From an uncultured delta proteobacterium (GTDB taxonomy: Bacteria; Desulfobacterota; Binatia; UBA9968), in the NCBI GenBank assembly GCA_963760795.1, contig CAVXEP010000012.1, positions 32,001 through 96,000 of the forward strand: 64,000 nt of DNA, written 5' to 3'. Both the position numbers and the translations under genes were made by a program. The notes beneath the pieces are model-generated. The model searched no databases. It was not told where the DNA came from and saw only the letters and a program-made list of their open reading frames with translations. The stretch's first letter is position 1. Each line of letters opens with the position of its first letter. Below are positions 36,751 to 49,001 of this stretch, piece after piece.

Positions 36751-37281
36751 CTAATTGCGTTCGACCTGGACAAATTCGAGCTCAACCGGCGTCGCTCGCC
36801 CAAAGATGCTGATCAATACTCGGAGCTTGCCTTTTTCCGGCTTGACATCTTCGACCACGCCGTTAAAGTCGGCGAACGGACCGTCGACCACCTTGACGTT
36901 TTCGCCGATCGAGAACGACACGCGCGGCTTGGGCTTGATTGCGCCCTCTTCCATTTGCAGCGTAATCGCACGGACTTCTTCATCGCTAACCGATGGCGGA
37001 TTGGTACTACCACCGACGAATCCGGTTACCTTGGGGGTCTCCTTGACCACATGCCAGGTCTCGTCATTGAGCTCCATCTGCACGAGAATATAACCGGGGA
37101 AAAACTTGCGTGACGAAGTCTTCTTCTTTCCCTTGACCAGCTCGACGACTCTCTCCATCGGCACCAGCACTTCGCCGAAGAACTCCTGCTTGCCGAGCTG
37201 CTTGACGCGCTCCTCTAGGGCCGCCTTGGTCTTTTGTTCAAAGCCCGAAAAGGTGTGAACGATGTACCACTGTTTCGCCAT
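36751..37281 (-). CDS. nusG: Transcription termination/antitermination factor NusG
   Basis: WYIVHTFSGFE, FFPGY, IFGRATPVEL. Confidence 0.99.
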   Translation of the reverse strand: MAKQWYIVHTFSGFEQKTKAALEERVKQLGKQEFFGEVLVPMERVVELVKGKKKTSSRKFFPGYILVQMELNDETWHVVKETPKVTGFVGGSTNPPSVSDEEVRAITLQMEEGAIKPKPRVSFSIGENVKVVDGPFADFNGVVEDVKPEKGKLRVLISIFGRATPVELEFVQVERN

Positions 37282-37305
37282 AATAATAGAGGAGGACCTA
37301 AGTAA

Positions 37306-37521
37306 TTAACCGATAATGGCCTGGACAGCCTTTGTTAGAAAGAAATCCACAGTCGCCAAATACAAAGACACCAGGACAACGACGACGATAACTACCATCG
37401 TCGCCATGTAAGTTTCCTTGCGGGACGGCCAATGGACTTTTTGCAACTCCTGCCAGGACTCTTTGCAAAAATCGACACCCTGGTGGACGCCGTCCTGAAC
37501 TTTTTGAATCCAATCCCCCAT
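37306..37521 (-). CDS. secE: Preprotein translocase SecE
   Basis: ELQKVHWPSRKET motif plus one TM helix; between tRNA-Trp and nusG. Confidence 0.95.
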   Translation of the reverse strand: MGDWIQKVQDGVHQGVDFCKESWQELQKVHWPSRKETYMATMVVIVVVVLVSLYLATVDFFLTKAVQAIIG

Positions 37522-37546
37522 GTGAGGTTTCTCCAACGCGATAACG

Positions 37547-37623
37547 TGGCGGGTCAGGCAGGGCTCGAACCTGCAACAACCGGATTTGGAGTCCGGCGCT
37601 CTACCAATTGGAGCTACTGACCC
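37547..37623 (-). tRNA. tRNA-Trp(CCA)
   Basis: GGGTCAG/CTGACCC acceptor stem, anticodon loop CTCCAAA, GTTCGAG, encoded CCA. Confidence 0.95.
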
Positions 37624-37634
37624 CGGTATCCTCG

Positions 37635-37787
37635 TTAAACTTTAACCTCACGATGCAGAGTGTGGGACCGACAAGAAGCACAAAACTTCTTGAGCGCCAA
37701 CTTTTCGGTGGTTGTTTTCCGGTTCTTCGACGATGTGTAGTTTTTCCGTTTGCACTTATCGCATGCAAAACCTACCAACTCCCGCAT
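37635..37787 (-). CDS. rpmG: 50S ribosomal protein L33 (zinc-binding type)
   Basis: Manual translation MRELVGFACDKCKRKNYTSSKNRKTTTEKLALKKFCASCRSHTLHREVKV. Confidence 0.97.
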   Translation of the reverse strand: MRELVGFACDKCKRKNYTSSKNRKTTTEKLALKKFCASCRSHTLHREVKV

Positions 37788-37817
37788 GATCTTGTCCTCC
37801 TCGCGATCGGCGTTGAA

Positions 37818-39008
<1,191 letters not shown>

Positions 39009-39090
39009 CGCGTCCTCCTAAATGATTTCCGAATCCTCACCCTAAATTCCCGCTACTAACCTTCTCCGAACTCCCCAAACCGGAAGGCAA

Positions 39091-39163
39091 AGCCCAGGAG
39101 CGGGATTGAACCGCTGACCTCGTCCTTACCAAGGACGTGCTCTACCGACTGAGCTACCTGGGC
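39091..39163 (-). tRNA. tRNA-Thr(GGT)
   Basis: GCCCAGG...CTTGGTAAG...GGTTCAATCCC; CCA not encoded. Confidence 0.95.
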
Positions 39164-39253
39164 ATGACGGTCGATAGCAATTGGCCATGATTTGCCCACG
39201 TACGGGGCGACAAACGGGCCATATTAAAACGCCATCAGCTTCTACTTTCAATG

Positions 39254-39329
39254 TGGAGCGGGAAACGGGACTCGAACCCGCGACCCCAAGCTTGGAAGGC
39301 TTGCGCTCTACCAACTGAGCTATTCCCGC
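39254..39329 (-). tRNA. tRNA-Gly(TCC)
   Basis: GCGGGAATAGCTCAG...CTTCCAAG...CCA. Confidence 0.95.
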
Positions 39330-39334
39330 AAAAT

Positions 39335-39419
<85 letters not shown>

Positions 39420-39465
39420 TCGCCCCCAGAAATAAATTTTTCGCCACTCCAACTGACCAATTAGC

Positions 39466-39540
39466 TGGAGCTGGCGATAGGACTTGAACCTACAACCTGC
39501 TGATTACAAATCAGCTGCTCTACCGTTGAGCTACGCCAGC
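39466..39540 (-). tRNA. tRNA-Thr(TGT)
   Basis: GCTGGCG...TTTGTAA...GGTTCAAG...CCA. Confidence 0.95.
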
Positions 39541-39802
39541 CCATCGCCCTTGGGTTTTTCGTGCCAGCGAAATTATTGCCAATTACCTTTTTTGGCGGCT
39601 GTAAAAAGATACTTATCTGAACAAATTTTAACAGTTTGTAAGTAAAGATCTTTTGCCTAACAGGCAAACCACAACACCCGGGAGTTATCCCCGTTTGTAA
39701 ACAGGTATTTAAAGCATCTTCGGTGGATCATGTCAACAGAGCACAGGGTTTCACACTATTGCATCGGTGCTGCCTTGAAAGGGTGTAAAGTTACCAACAA
39801 AG

Positions 39803-40552
39803 TTACGACCGAGGCAACCGCTGCTGCCGCACCAGTTCAAATAGAAAAATCGCCCCAGCGACCCCGACGTTAAGCGAGGCTACCTTACCAAACATTGGAA
39901 TTGATACAAGAAAATCACACTCGCGTAGGTTAATTGGACGAACTCCGGTGGCTTCGCTACCGAGCACAATAGCGAGTTTATCCGGATAATCCCGGTCGTA
40001 AAAGTTTTCCTTGGCGCCCACCGCTAAGCCAACTGTCCAATATCCCGCCTGTTTAAGCGCTTGCAGCGAGCGCCGCAAGTTAGTGACTTTATAAATGCTC
40101 AGATGATGCGCCGCGCCAGCCGAAGCTTTGACCACCAGGGGGGTCACCTCAACGCTACGGTCTTTCGGGATCACGATATGTCGGACACCGGCTGCTTCAG
40201 CCGTCCGTAGTAGGGCACCGAAGTTACGCGGATCGACGATTCCATCTAGGATCAAGATCCATCCTGATAACTCTGCATCAGCGATCCGTTGCAGTAATTT
40301 TTCAAACGCCGGGTAGGCGTAAGCTTCAACGATTGCGACAACGCCCTGGTGGCGTTGTCCTTGAGACAACCGGTCCAATTCTCGCGCAGCGCGATAGCCA
40401 ACCGGCAATCCTTGGCGCCGTGCTTCATCCACTAACGCTTGCAACCGACCATGATTGGAATTTTCGCTGACGAAAATCTCCCGCACGCTCCGCGGTGCGG
40501 CGATCAGTGTTTCATGAATCGCGTTGATGCCGAAAAGATAGTCGGTTGTCAT
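39803..40552 (-). CDS. rlmB: 23S rRNA (Gm2251) 2'-O-methyltransferase
   Basis: HQGVVA, DPRNFGALLRTA, KASAGA, SLNVGVA SPOUT motifs. Confidence 0.93.
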   Translation of the reverse strand: MTTDYLFGINAIHETLIAAPRSVREIFVSENSNHGRLQALVDEARRQGLPVGYRAARELDRLSQGQRHQGVVAIVEAYAYPAFEKLLQRIADAELSGWILILDGIVDPRNFGALLRTAEAAGVRHIVIPKDRSVEVTPLVVKASAGAAHHLSIYKVTNLRRSLQALKQAGYWTVGLAVGAKENFYDRDYPDKLAIVLGSEATGVRPINLRECDFLVSIPMFGKVASLNVGVAGAIFLFELVRQQRLPRS

Positions 40553-40615
40553 GGGCTAGTTCAAATCACCAATGGATTTTACAACCAGGAGTACAACAGT
40601 TAACATGCCGCCACG

Positions 40616-41815
40616 GTGAAACGAAAGACGTTAATCAGCTATCTTATTTCCGAAGTCCTGCCGCCATTTTTTCTCGGCCTGCTGGCCTTCACGTTCATCT
40701 TGCTCATTGGCCGACTTTTGAAGCTGGTTGAGCTGGTCATCAGCCGCGGTGTTCCACCGCTCCAAGTCGGTAAACTCCTAGCGTTGATAATGCCGACGTT
40801 CTTGGAAATGACGGTACCCATGGCGTTTCTGCTAGCCATCCTGCTCGGCCTCGGGCGCATGGCCAACGACCAAGAACTACTCGCCATGAAAGCTTCCGGC
40901 GTGAGCCCGTTGCAGATTTTGTGGCCCATCGCCGGCCTGTCGTTGGTTATTTCCATCCTGACCTTGGCCACGACGCTTTACGCCCGACCGACCGCCAATG
41001 CCGCACTCAAAAAAGAGCTCTATAACATCGCGAAGTCTCGGGTCAGTACGGCACTCAAAGAAAAAGTTTTCAATGACGATTTTCCCAAGATTCTCATTTA
41101 CGTCGAGGAAATCATTCCACCTGGAAATACCGCTCAAGGGATCTTCATCATCGACAAGCGCGATCGCGTGCGCGAAGACATCATACTCGGCAAGGTAGCT
41201 CGTATCACCACCGACGACGAAGCAAACACGCTAGGATTGAGGCTTTTCGACGGTTCGATCTACGAACGGGAAAAAAAGCGCACAGGATTTAGCCAAACCC
41301 GCTTCAACATCTACGATTTCAAACTCGACTTGGACGAACTCGTCGGTCCCGTGCGGCAAAAAGAAGCTGGACCGAAAGAGTTAGCTTCCGCGGATTTACT
41401 CAAATCCATCGAAGAGAAACAGCGGCGCGGCGGCAAATCGATTCCTGAGCGAATGGAGTTGCACCAACGGATCGCATTCGGTTTTGTCCCTTTGGTGTTT
41501 GGCGTCCTTGGCGTGGCCTTGGCGCTGCTACCGCGCGCCTCGCGAGCGAGTCGCTCGTGGGGATTCATGTTGTGCTTGTTTTGGCTGTTGGCCTACTATG
41601 TTTTACTCTCCTTCGGCAAAGCTTTGGGCGACAAGGGAAGCCTACCCCCCATCCCAGCGCTATGGCTACCCAACCTGACCATCGGTTGCATCGCCCTGGT
41701 CTTCTTTCGCAAGGCGATGCGCGAATCGCCTCTGGCTTTTCCCGCGTTCGCATCCCGGGTCGGCAACGCAACGCTGCGACAGGTGACAAGACTGATGAGG
41801 AGGCCAAGAAACTAA
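40616..41815 (+). CDS. lptF: LPS export ABC transporter permease LptF
   Basis: YjgP/YjgQ topology, GRMANDQELLAMKASGVS, WLPNL. Confidence 0.93.
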   Translation: MKRKTLISYLISEVLPPFFLGLLAFTFILLIGRLLKLVELVISRGVPPLQVGKLLALIMPTFLEMTVPMAFLLAILLGLGRMANDQELLAMKASGVSPLQILWPIAGLSLVISILTLATTLYARPTANAALKKELYNIAKSRVSTALKEKVFNDDFPKILIYVEEIIPPGNTAQGIFIIDKRDRVREDIILGKVARITTDDEANTLGLRLFDGSIYEREKKRTGFSQTRFNIYDFKLDLDELVGPVRQKEAGPKELASADLLKSIEEKQRRGGKSIPERMELHQRIAFGFVPLVFGVLGVALALLPRASRASRSWGFMLCLFWLLAYYVLLSFGKALGDKGSLPPIPALWLPNLTIGCIALVFFRKAMRESPLAFPAFASRVGNATLRQVTRLMRRPRN

Positions 41816-42931
41816 ATGGCCAGGACATCAAGAGCTCAACATCGCATGATGCCTCTCGGTGGCATCCTTGATCGCTATATTTCAGCGGGATTCCTGCGCG
41901 TTTTCGGCATCAGCTTGGCGGTGATCACCGGACTTTACGTAACCGCCGACTTTTTCGAACGGATCGGCAATTTACTCGAATCCGGCGCGCCGGTTTCGAC
42001 CATTTTACGCTATTTCATGTTCAAAGCCCCCTTGTTGATTTCCCGGGTGGTCGGATTCGCGACATTGTTCTCGACGTTATTTTGTTTGGGCCTACTGGCA
42101 CGCACGCAGGAGATCACCGCAATTCGCTCAAGCGGCGTTAGCGTCCAACGCATCGCCTGGCCCTTGCTAGTGCTGGCTTTGTGCCTTTCTGGGATTACTT
42201 TTTTTTGGAACGAGACGCTGGTGCCGATTTTCAGCCGTAACGCCCAACAAATCTATCGCACCGAGATCAGGCAGAAGAGACAACTCAGCCTATTCGGCAC
42301 GCGGGACATTTGGATTCGCGGCGATGGCAGCTTCATCAACATTGACAACTTCGATCCACGCACGAACACCCTGAATGGGGTTACGGTATTCACTCTCAAC
42401 CGAGATTTCAGTTTGCGCTCGTTGATCGAAATTCCCAGTGCTCGGTGGAGCATTCGAAACTGGCAAACCGACGGTGCGGTCGAATGGGAATTGCAGCAGG
42501 ACGGCAAACTGACTCGCCGTGACAGCATCGCCAACATTCCGATTACGGAAACTCCCAACGATCTAAAGCTGCTGGCACGCGATGCCGAAGAGTATAGCTA
42601 TTTCGAATTGCAGAAACAGATTGGCGAAATGAAGACTAAAGGGATCGACACCACCGCCATCGAAGTCGATCTCCAAAGCAAACTAGCGATTCCAGTGGTC
42701 TCTTTTCTAATGGTTCTATTGGCGACACCATTCGCGATCAAACGGCAATTGAGCAACAACGTCTCGCTCAGCTTCGGCATCGCCATGGTCATCGCTTTCG
42801 GTTACTGGGTACTTACCGCTTTTTGCATATCCTTGGGCCACAGCGGCGCCATTCCAGCGCTACCGGCCGCATGGATTCCAAACCTAATTTTCTCGATGAT
42901 TGGTCTATACTTCTTCACCGCTGAAGAGTGA
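41816..42931 (+). CDS. lptG: LPS export ABC transporter permease LptG
   Basis: LDRYI, EITAIRSSGVS, AAWIPN; tandem with lptF. Confidence 0.93.
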   Translation: MARTSRAQHRMMPLGGILDRYISAGFLRVFGISLAVITGLYVTADFFERIGNLLESGAPVSTILRYFMFKAPLLISRVVGFATLFSTLFCLGLLARTQEITAIRSSGVSVQRIAWPLLVLALCLSGITFFWNETLVPIFSRNAQQIYRTEIRQKRQLSLFGTRDIWIRGDGSFINIDNFDPRTNTLNGVTVFTLNRDFSLRSLIEIPSARWSIRNWQTDGAVEWELQQDGKLTRRDSIANIPITETPNDLKLLARDAEEYSYFELQKQIGEMKTKGIDTTAIEVDLQSKLAIPVVSFLMVLLATPFAIKRQLSNNVSLSFGIAMVIAFGYWVLTAFCISLGHSGAIPALPAAWIPNLIFSMIGLYFFTAEE

Positions 42932-43187
42932 AACTGTAATTCGCGCGAGGCGTTGAACCACGATGCCGGCATTCAAGGTTCACGCCCGTTACGCAGGGTT
43001 GGATCATCGCGTCATGAGAATACCCAGAGGTTAAGTTGCCAAGACTTTGTGGATGAAACGCCTTAACCTCTTGTTCGCCAAGAAATTTACAAGCAGCGCT
43101 GATTGTTACTGGCCCAAGAGTAGTCGCCCAGTGGCCCAACCAACGCTAGCTCATAATATAGAATCCGCATCAAAATCATTTAACCCA

Positions 43188-43230
43188 AAGAAAAGAGCTT
43201 GGCATCGCTCTACAGGCAACGCCAAGCTCT
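43188..43230 (-). terminator. Intrinsic terminator after rplM-rpsI
   Basis: AGAGCTTGGC (43194-43203) / GCCAAGCTCT (43221-43230) stem followed by a T-rich tract on the minus strand. Confidence 0.65.
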
Positions 43231-43260
43231 CTGATAAATTCAAATAATCGATTTGTAAGA

Positions 43261-43653
43261 TTAACGTTTTGAATACTGAGGCCGTTTGCGGGCTTTATGA
43301 CGGCCATACTTCTTCCGCTCAACTGCGCGGGGGTCTCGGGTGACGAAGCCGGCCTTTTTAAGGGAGGGACGAAGGTCGGGATTGAACTCCATCAGGGCGC
43401 GGGTAATGCCGTGGCGAATCGCTCCAGCTTGACCCGAGTTGCCGCCGCCGTCAACATTGACTTCAATATCGAAATTGCCGGCGGTTTGCGTAACCTGAAA
43501 AGGTTGCAACACAATCATCCGTGCGGTTTCACGCCCGAAATAATCTTGCAACGTGCGATTGTTGATTTTTAGGCTACCTTTTCCAGGTTTAAGAAAGACC
43601 CGGGCAACCGAAGTCTTGCGTCGCCCTGTTGTCACGATCGTTTTATCTGCCAT
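43261..43653 (-). CDS. rpsI: 30S ribosomal protein S9
   Basis: [25 protein letters not shown]...YSKR. Confidence 0.99.
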   Translation of the reverse strand: MADKTIVTTGRRKTSVARVFLKPGKGSLKINNRTLQDYFGRETARMIVLQPFQVTQTAGNFDIEVNVDGGGNSGQAGAIRHGITRALMEFNPDLRPSLKKAGFVTRDPRAVERKKYGRHKARKRPQYSKR

Positions 43654-43666
43654 CGAACTGATTCTC

Positions 43667-44092
43667 CTATGCTCCGACTGCCAAGGGTTGCGGCATTTGC
43701 GCGGCGTGCGGATGTTCCGGTCCAGCGTAAATCTTGAGTTTTGTGGCCAAATGGCGGCTTAAACGGTTTTTCGGGAGCATTCCCTTTACGGCTAACCGGA
43801 CCAATTCTTCTGGCTTCTCTTCAAGCATTTCGGCGGCGGTCCGTTGGCGGATGCCACCGGGATAATCCGTATGCCGGTAGTAAATCTTTTGGTCCAACTT
43901 CGCGCCGGTCAGCTTGATCCCCTTTGCGTTTACGACAATTACAAAGTCGCCAGCATCCTGGTTCGGCGTAAAAACCGGCTTGTGTTTACCGCGCAAAACC
44001 TTGGCGATTTCCGTGGCCATCCGCCCAAGGATCTTTCCTTGAGCGTCGATTACGTACCACCGACGTTGCGTCAACGCTTCTTCCCTAGTCAT
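43667..44092 (-). CDS. rplM: 50S ribosomal protein L13
   Basis: WYVIDA..LGR, LRGKHKP, GMLPKN; ATG 44092 follows GGAG (a longer start is possible). Confidence 0.97.
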   Translation of the reverse strand: MTREEALTQRRWYVIDAQGKILGRMATEIAKVLRGKHKPVFTPNQDAGDFVIVVNAKGIKLTGAKLDQKIYYRHTDYPGGIRQRTAAEMLEEKPEELVRLAVKGMLPKNRLSRHLATKLKIYAGPEHPHAAQMPQPLAVGA

Positions 44093-44137
44093 GGCGCACA
44101 CTCCAGTCAACTCCAAGTTCATTCGAACTTGTAAAAA

Positions 44138-44214
44138 TGGCGGGGCCGACGAGACTCGAACTCGCGACCTCCGGCGTGACAGGCCGGCGTTCTAACCGAC
44201 TGAACTACGACCCC
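44138..44214 (-). tRNA. tRNA-Asp(GTC)
   Basis: GGGGTCG...CTGTCAC...GTTCGAG...CCA. Confidence 0.95.
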
Positions 44215-44242
44215 GATGTATCCAAAACAGAACTCACGTACT

Positions 44243-44317
44243 TGGTGGGCGGTACAGGGCTTGAACCTGTGACCCCCGGCTTGTAAGGCCGATGCTCTCC
44301 CACTGAGCTAACCGCCC
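44243..44317 (-). tRNA. tRNA-Val(TAC)
   Basis: GGGCGGT...CTTACAA...GGTTCAAG...CCA. Confidence 0.95.
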
Positions 44318-44552
44318 CGACCGCAACCTTCTTCTAGAGCTTCGCCAGGGACATGAGTCCCACTACTACAAGAACCAATCTGAATTGCCTAGTCAAACTT
44401 GTCAGGTAAAAAAATCGATCACGCACCCACCGTGCGTCCCAAGTGAAAAGGCCGGTAATGATCAAAATACGCGACAACTCTCGTAGCGTTGATGTGTCGA
44501 CTATCCTAATGGCAACAGTCCAACTGACACTTAGCAATGCGGTGTTATAACA

Positions 44553-44590
44553 GCGGAAATGCCGGGTGTCAAATAACCCGGCACTTCCGC
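44553..44590 (-). terminator. GC-rich hairpin downstream of lon
   Basis: GCGGAAATGCCGGG / CCCGGCACTTCCGC inverted repeat 16 nt past the lon stop. Confidence 0.55.
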
Positions 44591-44606
44591 GCCAAATAGC
44601 CGTTAA

Positions 44607-47069
44607 TTATTGTGGAAGAATTTCGCTGACGGGAACTTCTTCTACCTTATCAGAGAATGGCGGATTATCGTCTTTCGGTTGGATTTCGACCGGAGTGTGG
44701 CTGAACAAGGTCTCCGGATCGTTCAACACCAATGCCTTCTTGAGAACTTCGTCAACATGCGCAACCAGCTCCAATTCCAGGCCCTTAAGAACACTCGCGG
44801 GAATCTCCTCTATATCCTTTTCGTTCTCTGCCGGTATCAGGATTTTCTTGATCCCGGCCCGGTGCGCTGCTAATACCTTTTCTTTAAGCCCACCAATTGG
44901 CAACACCGTACCGCGCAAAGTGATTTCGCCGGTCATGGCCAGATCATTGCGCACAGGAGTTTTTATTAATGCGGATACCAAGGAGGTAGCCATAGTGATA
45001 CCAGCGGAGGGACCATCTTTGGGAATCGCCCCTTCGGGTACGTGAAGATGAATGTCCAGCTTCTGGTAGAAATCCTTATCTAATCCCAAGGCGGTCGCGC
45101 GCGAGCGGACGTAACTCATTGCGGCCTGTGCCGACTCCTGCATAACATCGCCCAGCTTACCGGTAATAATGAGCTGCCCTTTCCCCGGCATAACCGTCAC
45201 TTCAGTCGAAAGCAACTCGCCACCCATTTCTGTCCAAGCCAAGCCGGTAGTAACACCGACCTTGGTTTCCGCATCCGCTTTACCATAGCGGAATTTGATC
45301 GGGCCGAGAAATTTGTGCAGGCTCTTGGTGCCGACTTGGACATGGGAGTTGCGGTCTTTCTTGACCACTTCCACCGCAACCTTACGGCAAACCGCGGCGA
45401 TTTCTCGCTCAAGGCTACGCACGCCGGCTTCTTTGGTGTAGTGACGCACTACCCCCATCAAAGCATTGTCGGTAAAAACAATATTCTCTGGGGTCAAGCC
45501 ATTGGCTTCCCGTTGCTTCTCGATCAAGTATTTCTTAGCAATGCTGACCTTTTCCAACTCGGTATAACCGGCAATTCGAATGATCTCCATCCGATCTTGC
45601 AACGGACGCGGAATGCGATCCAGCGAATTGGCGGTGGTAATGAACATGACCTTGGAAAGATCGAAATCGAGATCGAGATAGTGATCGTTGAATGACGTAT
45701 TCTGTTCCGGGTCGAGCACTTCCAATAACGCCGACGAAGGATCACCGCGGAAATCGGTGGACATTTTGTCGATCTCGTCCATTAGAAATACCGGGTTACT
45801 CGACCCAGCTTTCTTCATGGATTGAACGATCTTACCCGGTAGGGCACCGATGTAGGTGCGGCGATGACCACGGATTTCCGCCTCGTCACGGACGCCGCCG
45901 AGGGACACTCGGATAAATTTACGGCCGGTTGCCCGCGCAATCGATCGACCTAGCGAGGTTTTGCCGACACCCGGTGGTCCAACCAAACAAAGGATCGGCC
46001 CCTTAATTTTGCCCACCAAGCTTTGTACAGCGAGATATTCGAGGATTCGCTCTTTCACCTTCTCCAGTCCGAAATGATCCTCGTCCAAAACCTTTTCGGC
46101 CTCATTGATATCGAGCTTGTCGTCAGTGAATTCGTTCCACGGCAAACTGATAATCCAATCGATATAGTTCCTGACCACGGTCGCTTCCGCCGACATGGGC
46201 GACATCATTTTGAGCTTCTTCAGTTCCTTCTCGACCTTGTCTTTGGCTTCGGCGGAAAGCTTTTTCTGCTTTAACTTTTCCTCAATCTCCTGGATCTCGT
46301 TCTTAAACTCATCCTTCTCACCCAGCTCTTTTTGAATCGCCCGCATCTGTTCGTTGAGATAGTACTCCTTCTGAGAGCGCTCCATTTGCTTCTTGACGCG
46401 CGAACGAATACGCCGCTCGACTTCAAGAATTTCGATTTCGGCGCGCATATGGCCAAGAACCTTCTCCAGCCGTTCCGTGGCATTAAAAGTCTCCAGCAAG
46501 TTCTGCCTGTCTTCCAGCTTTATGCCAAGGTGGGCAACGATGGTATCGGAGAGCCGCCCCGGCTCATCGATGGAGGACACCGACATGACCATTTCGGGGG
46601 GGATTTTCTTTTTCAACTTAACGTAATTTTCAAAGGTGGTGTGAACTTCTCGGATCAGCGCCTCCGCCTCCGTAGTCCGTTCGTTCACCTCTTGAGCATC
46701 CTCCACGTCAACCAGAAAAAAATCCGGGTTGGCGGCAAAGCCCGCGATCTTGGCGCGCTTTTTCCCCTCGATCAGCACCTTGACGGTGCCGTCGGGGAGC
46801 TTGAGCATTTGTACCACCGACCCGAGAGTACCAATCCGGTAGATATCGTCCTCGGCGGGCTCGTTGGTTTTGGCGTCCTTCTGGGAGGACAAGAAAATCA
46901 GACTCTGCTTCTGAGTTGCCTCTTCGAGCGCCTTGATCGAGCGTTGACGCCCGACAAATAGCGGCACGACCATGTGCGGGAAAACGATAATATCCCGCAA
47001 CGGCAGCAACGGCACCCTTGTGCCCCCAGCAGTGGCTTCCGGATCCTTCTTATCGTTCCGAAACAACAT
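44607..47069 (-). CDS. lon: ATP-dependent Lon protease
   Basis: GPPGVGKTS Walker A, PKDGPSAG catalytic Ser, 820 aa. Confidence 0.99.
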   Translation of the reverse strand: MLFRNDKKDPEATAGGTRVPLLPLRDIIVFPHMVVPLFVGRQRSIKALEEATQKQSLIFLSSQKDAKTNEPAEDDIYRIGTLGSVVQMLKLPDGTVKVLIEGKKRAKIAGFAANPDFFLVDVEDAQEVNERTTEAEALIREVHTTFENYVKLKKKIPPEMVMSVSSIDEPGRLSDTIVAHLGIKLEDRQNLLETFNATERLEKVLGHMRAEIEILEVERRIRSRVKKQMERSQKEYYLNEQMRAIQKELGEKDEFKNEIQEIEEKLKQKKLSAEAKDKVEKELKKLKMMSPMSAEATVVRNYIDWIISLPWNEFTDDKLDINEAEKVLDEDHFGLEKVKERILEYLAVQSLVGKIKGPILCLVGPPGVGKTSLGRSIARATGRKFIRVSLGGVRDEAEIRGHRRTYIGALPGKIVQSMKKAGSSNPVFLMDEIDKMSTDFRGDPSSALLEVLDPEQNTSFNDHYLDLDFDLSKVMFITTANSLDRIPRPLQDRMEIIRIAGYTELEKVSIAKKYLIEKQREANGLTPENIVFTDNALMGVVRHYTKEAGVRSLEREIAAVCRKVAVEVVKKDRNSHVQVGTKSLHKFLGPIKFRYGKADAETKVGVTTGLAWTEMGGELLSTEVTVMPGKGQLIITGKLGDVMQESAQAAMSYVRSRATALGLDKDFYQKLDIHLHVPEGAIPKDGPSAGITMATSLVSALIKTPVRNDLAMTGEITLRGTVLPIGGLKEKVLAAHRAGIKKILIPAENEKDIEEIPASVLKGLELELVAHVDEVLKKALVLNDPETLFSHTPVEIQPKDDNPPFSDKVEEVPVSEILPQ

Positions 47070-47081
47070 ACGGTTCCCCTC

Positions 47082-48341
47082 CTAAGCACTCTCTGCGGCC
47101 TTGGTGTATACGACGATCGGAGGTTCATGCTTTTCAACAACATCCTCTGAAATCACAACCTCTTTAATATTGGGCTGCGATGGCATGTCGTACATGATAT
47201 CCAACATTATATTTTCCATGATCGCGCGTAGCCCCCGCGCTCCCGATTTACGTTTCATGGCTTCGCGCGCGATCGCTCGCAACGCATCCTCAGTGAACTT
47301 AAGATGCACCGACTCCATTTCAAAAAGCTTGGAATACTGCTTGGTCAGCGCATTCTTGGGCTCCTTCAAAATGCGCATCAGCGCGCTATCGTCCAACTCG
47401 TCGAGAGTGGCGATAACCGGCAATCGGCCGATGAACTCAGGAATTAAGCCAAACTTGAGCAAATCTTCTGTCTGTACGCTGTGCAGCAAATCCGAAGCCC
47501 GTTGGCCAATTTTCTCACTCTCTTCTAACTGTCCGCCAAAGCCCATACGCTTGCGGCCGGTGCGCTTGCGAATGATATCTTCAAGACCGACGAAAGCGCC
47601 GCCGCAAATAAACAAAATATTGGTGGTATCCACCTGCAAAAATTCCTGCTGGGGATGCTTGCGTCCACCCTTCGGCGGCACGCTCGCCATAGTCCCTTCG
47701 ATGATCTTTAGCAATGCTTGTTGCACCCCTTCGCCGGACACGTCCCGGGTAATCGATGGATTGTCCGACTTACGCGAAATTTTGTCGATCTCGTCTATAT
47801 AGACGATGCCGCGCTGGGCTTTTTCAACATCGTACTCGGCCGCCTGCAATAAATTGAGAATAATGTTCTCGACGTCCTCGCCGACATAACCCGCCTCAGT
47901 CAGGCTGGTGGCGTCGGCAATGGTAAAGGGAACTTGCAGAAAGCGGGCAAGAGTTTGGGCGAGTAGAGTTTTGCCTGATCCAGTAGGACCAAGCAGCAGA
48001 ATGTTGCTCTTTTGTAGCTCGACATCCCCAGTCACCATCTGGCTGTCGATGCGCTTGTAGTGATTGTGCACGGCGACCGCCAATATCTTCTTGGCGCGCT
48101 CCTGGCCGATCACATACTGGTCGAGCACCCGCTTGATTTCCGCGGGCTTGGGAACGTTCGACGACGAACTTAAGTTCTCGTCGTGGTCGATTTCTTCAGC
48201 GATAATATCGTTGCAAAGGTCGATGCATTCGTCGCAAATGTAAACCGTCGGACCGGCGATCAGTTTGCGAACCTCGTCTTGGCTTTTGCCGCAAAAAGAA
48301 CAGACGAGATTTCCCGATCCGTGCTCACCATGTTTAGGCAT
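47082..48341 (-). CDS. clpX: Clp protease ATP-binding subunit ClpX
   Basis: CSFCGK Zn finger, [18 protein letters not shown]. Confidence 0.99.
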   Translation of the reverse strand: MPKHGEHGSGNLVCSFCGKSQDEVRKLIAGPTVYICDECIDLCNDIIAEEIDHDENLSSSSNVPKPAEIKRVLDQYVIGQERAKKILAVAVHNHYKRIDSQMVTGDVELQKSNILLLGPTGSGKTLLAQTLARFLQVPFTIADATSLTEAGYVGEDVENIILNLLQAAEYDVEKAQRGIVYIDEIDKISRKSDNPSITRDVSGEGVQQALLKIIEGTMASVPPKGGRKHPQQEFLQVDTTNILFICGGAFVGLEDIIRKRTGRKRMGFGGQLEESEKIGQRASDLLHSVQTEDLLKFGLIPEFIGRLPVIATLDELDDSALMRILKEPKNALTKQYSKLFEMESVHLKFTEDALRAIAREAMKRKSGARGLRAIMENIMLDIMYDMPSQPNIKEVVISEDVVEKHEPPIVVYTKAAESA

Positions 48342-48365
48342 AGATCCCCCAAGCCAAACTACGAG

Positions 48366-48968
48366 CTATTTCTTGAGCGCACTGTCAGGACGCGCCGCGA
48401 TCACATCGTCGACTATGCCATACTCTTGAGCTTGCTTCCCCGTCAAGAACATGTCGCGATCTGTATCTTTTTCAATTTTCTTCATGCCCTGGCCCGTATG
48501 TTTCATAAGAATATTGTTCAATTCCTCGCGCATACGGAGAATTTCACGGGCGTGAATCTCGATGTCGGTAGCCTGGCCTTCGAAACCACCAAGCGGTTGG
48601 TGAATCATGATCCGCGAATGTGGCAGCGCGAAGCGTTTACCTTTCGCGCCGGCAGCTAGCAACACAGCGCCCATGCTTGCCGCTTGACCCACGCAAAGCG
48701 TCGAAATTTGCGGTCGCACATACTGCATGGTGTCATAGATCGCCAAGCCCGCAGTAACCGATCCGCCCGGACTGTTGATGTAGAAGAAAATCTCTCTCTC
48801 GGGATCTTCGGATTCGAGGAACAGCAGCTGCGCGGTGATGACGTTGGCCACTTCGTCATTGACCACCGAGCCAAGAAAGACGATTCGTTCTTTTAGCAGA
48901 CGCGAATAAATATCATATGCCCGTTCGCCACGCCCAGTTTGCTCGACGACCATGGGGATGAAGTTCAT
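48366..48968 (-). CDS. clpP: ATP-dependent Clp protease proteolytic subunit
   Basis: [24 protein letters not shown]. Confidence 0.99.
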   Translation of the reverse strand: MNFIPMVVEQTGRGERAYDIYSRLLKERIVFLGSVVNDEVANVITAQLLFLESEDPEREIFFYINSPGGSVTAGLAIYDTMQYVRPQISTLCVGQAASMGAVLLAAGAKGKRFALPHSRIMIHQPLGGFEGQATDIEIHAREILRMREELNNILMKHTGQGMKKIEKDTDRDMFLTGKQAQEYGIVDDVIAARPDSALKK

Positions 48969-49001
48969 ATGTGGGTAAACCCCTCAATCATTAAGAGCAT
49001 T

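Noticed and set aside
42949-42986. TTGAACC...GGTTCA resemblance to 6S RNA
   Set aside because: No long closing stem or central bubble found, and the usual zapA/ygfA context is absent.
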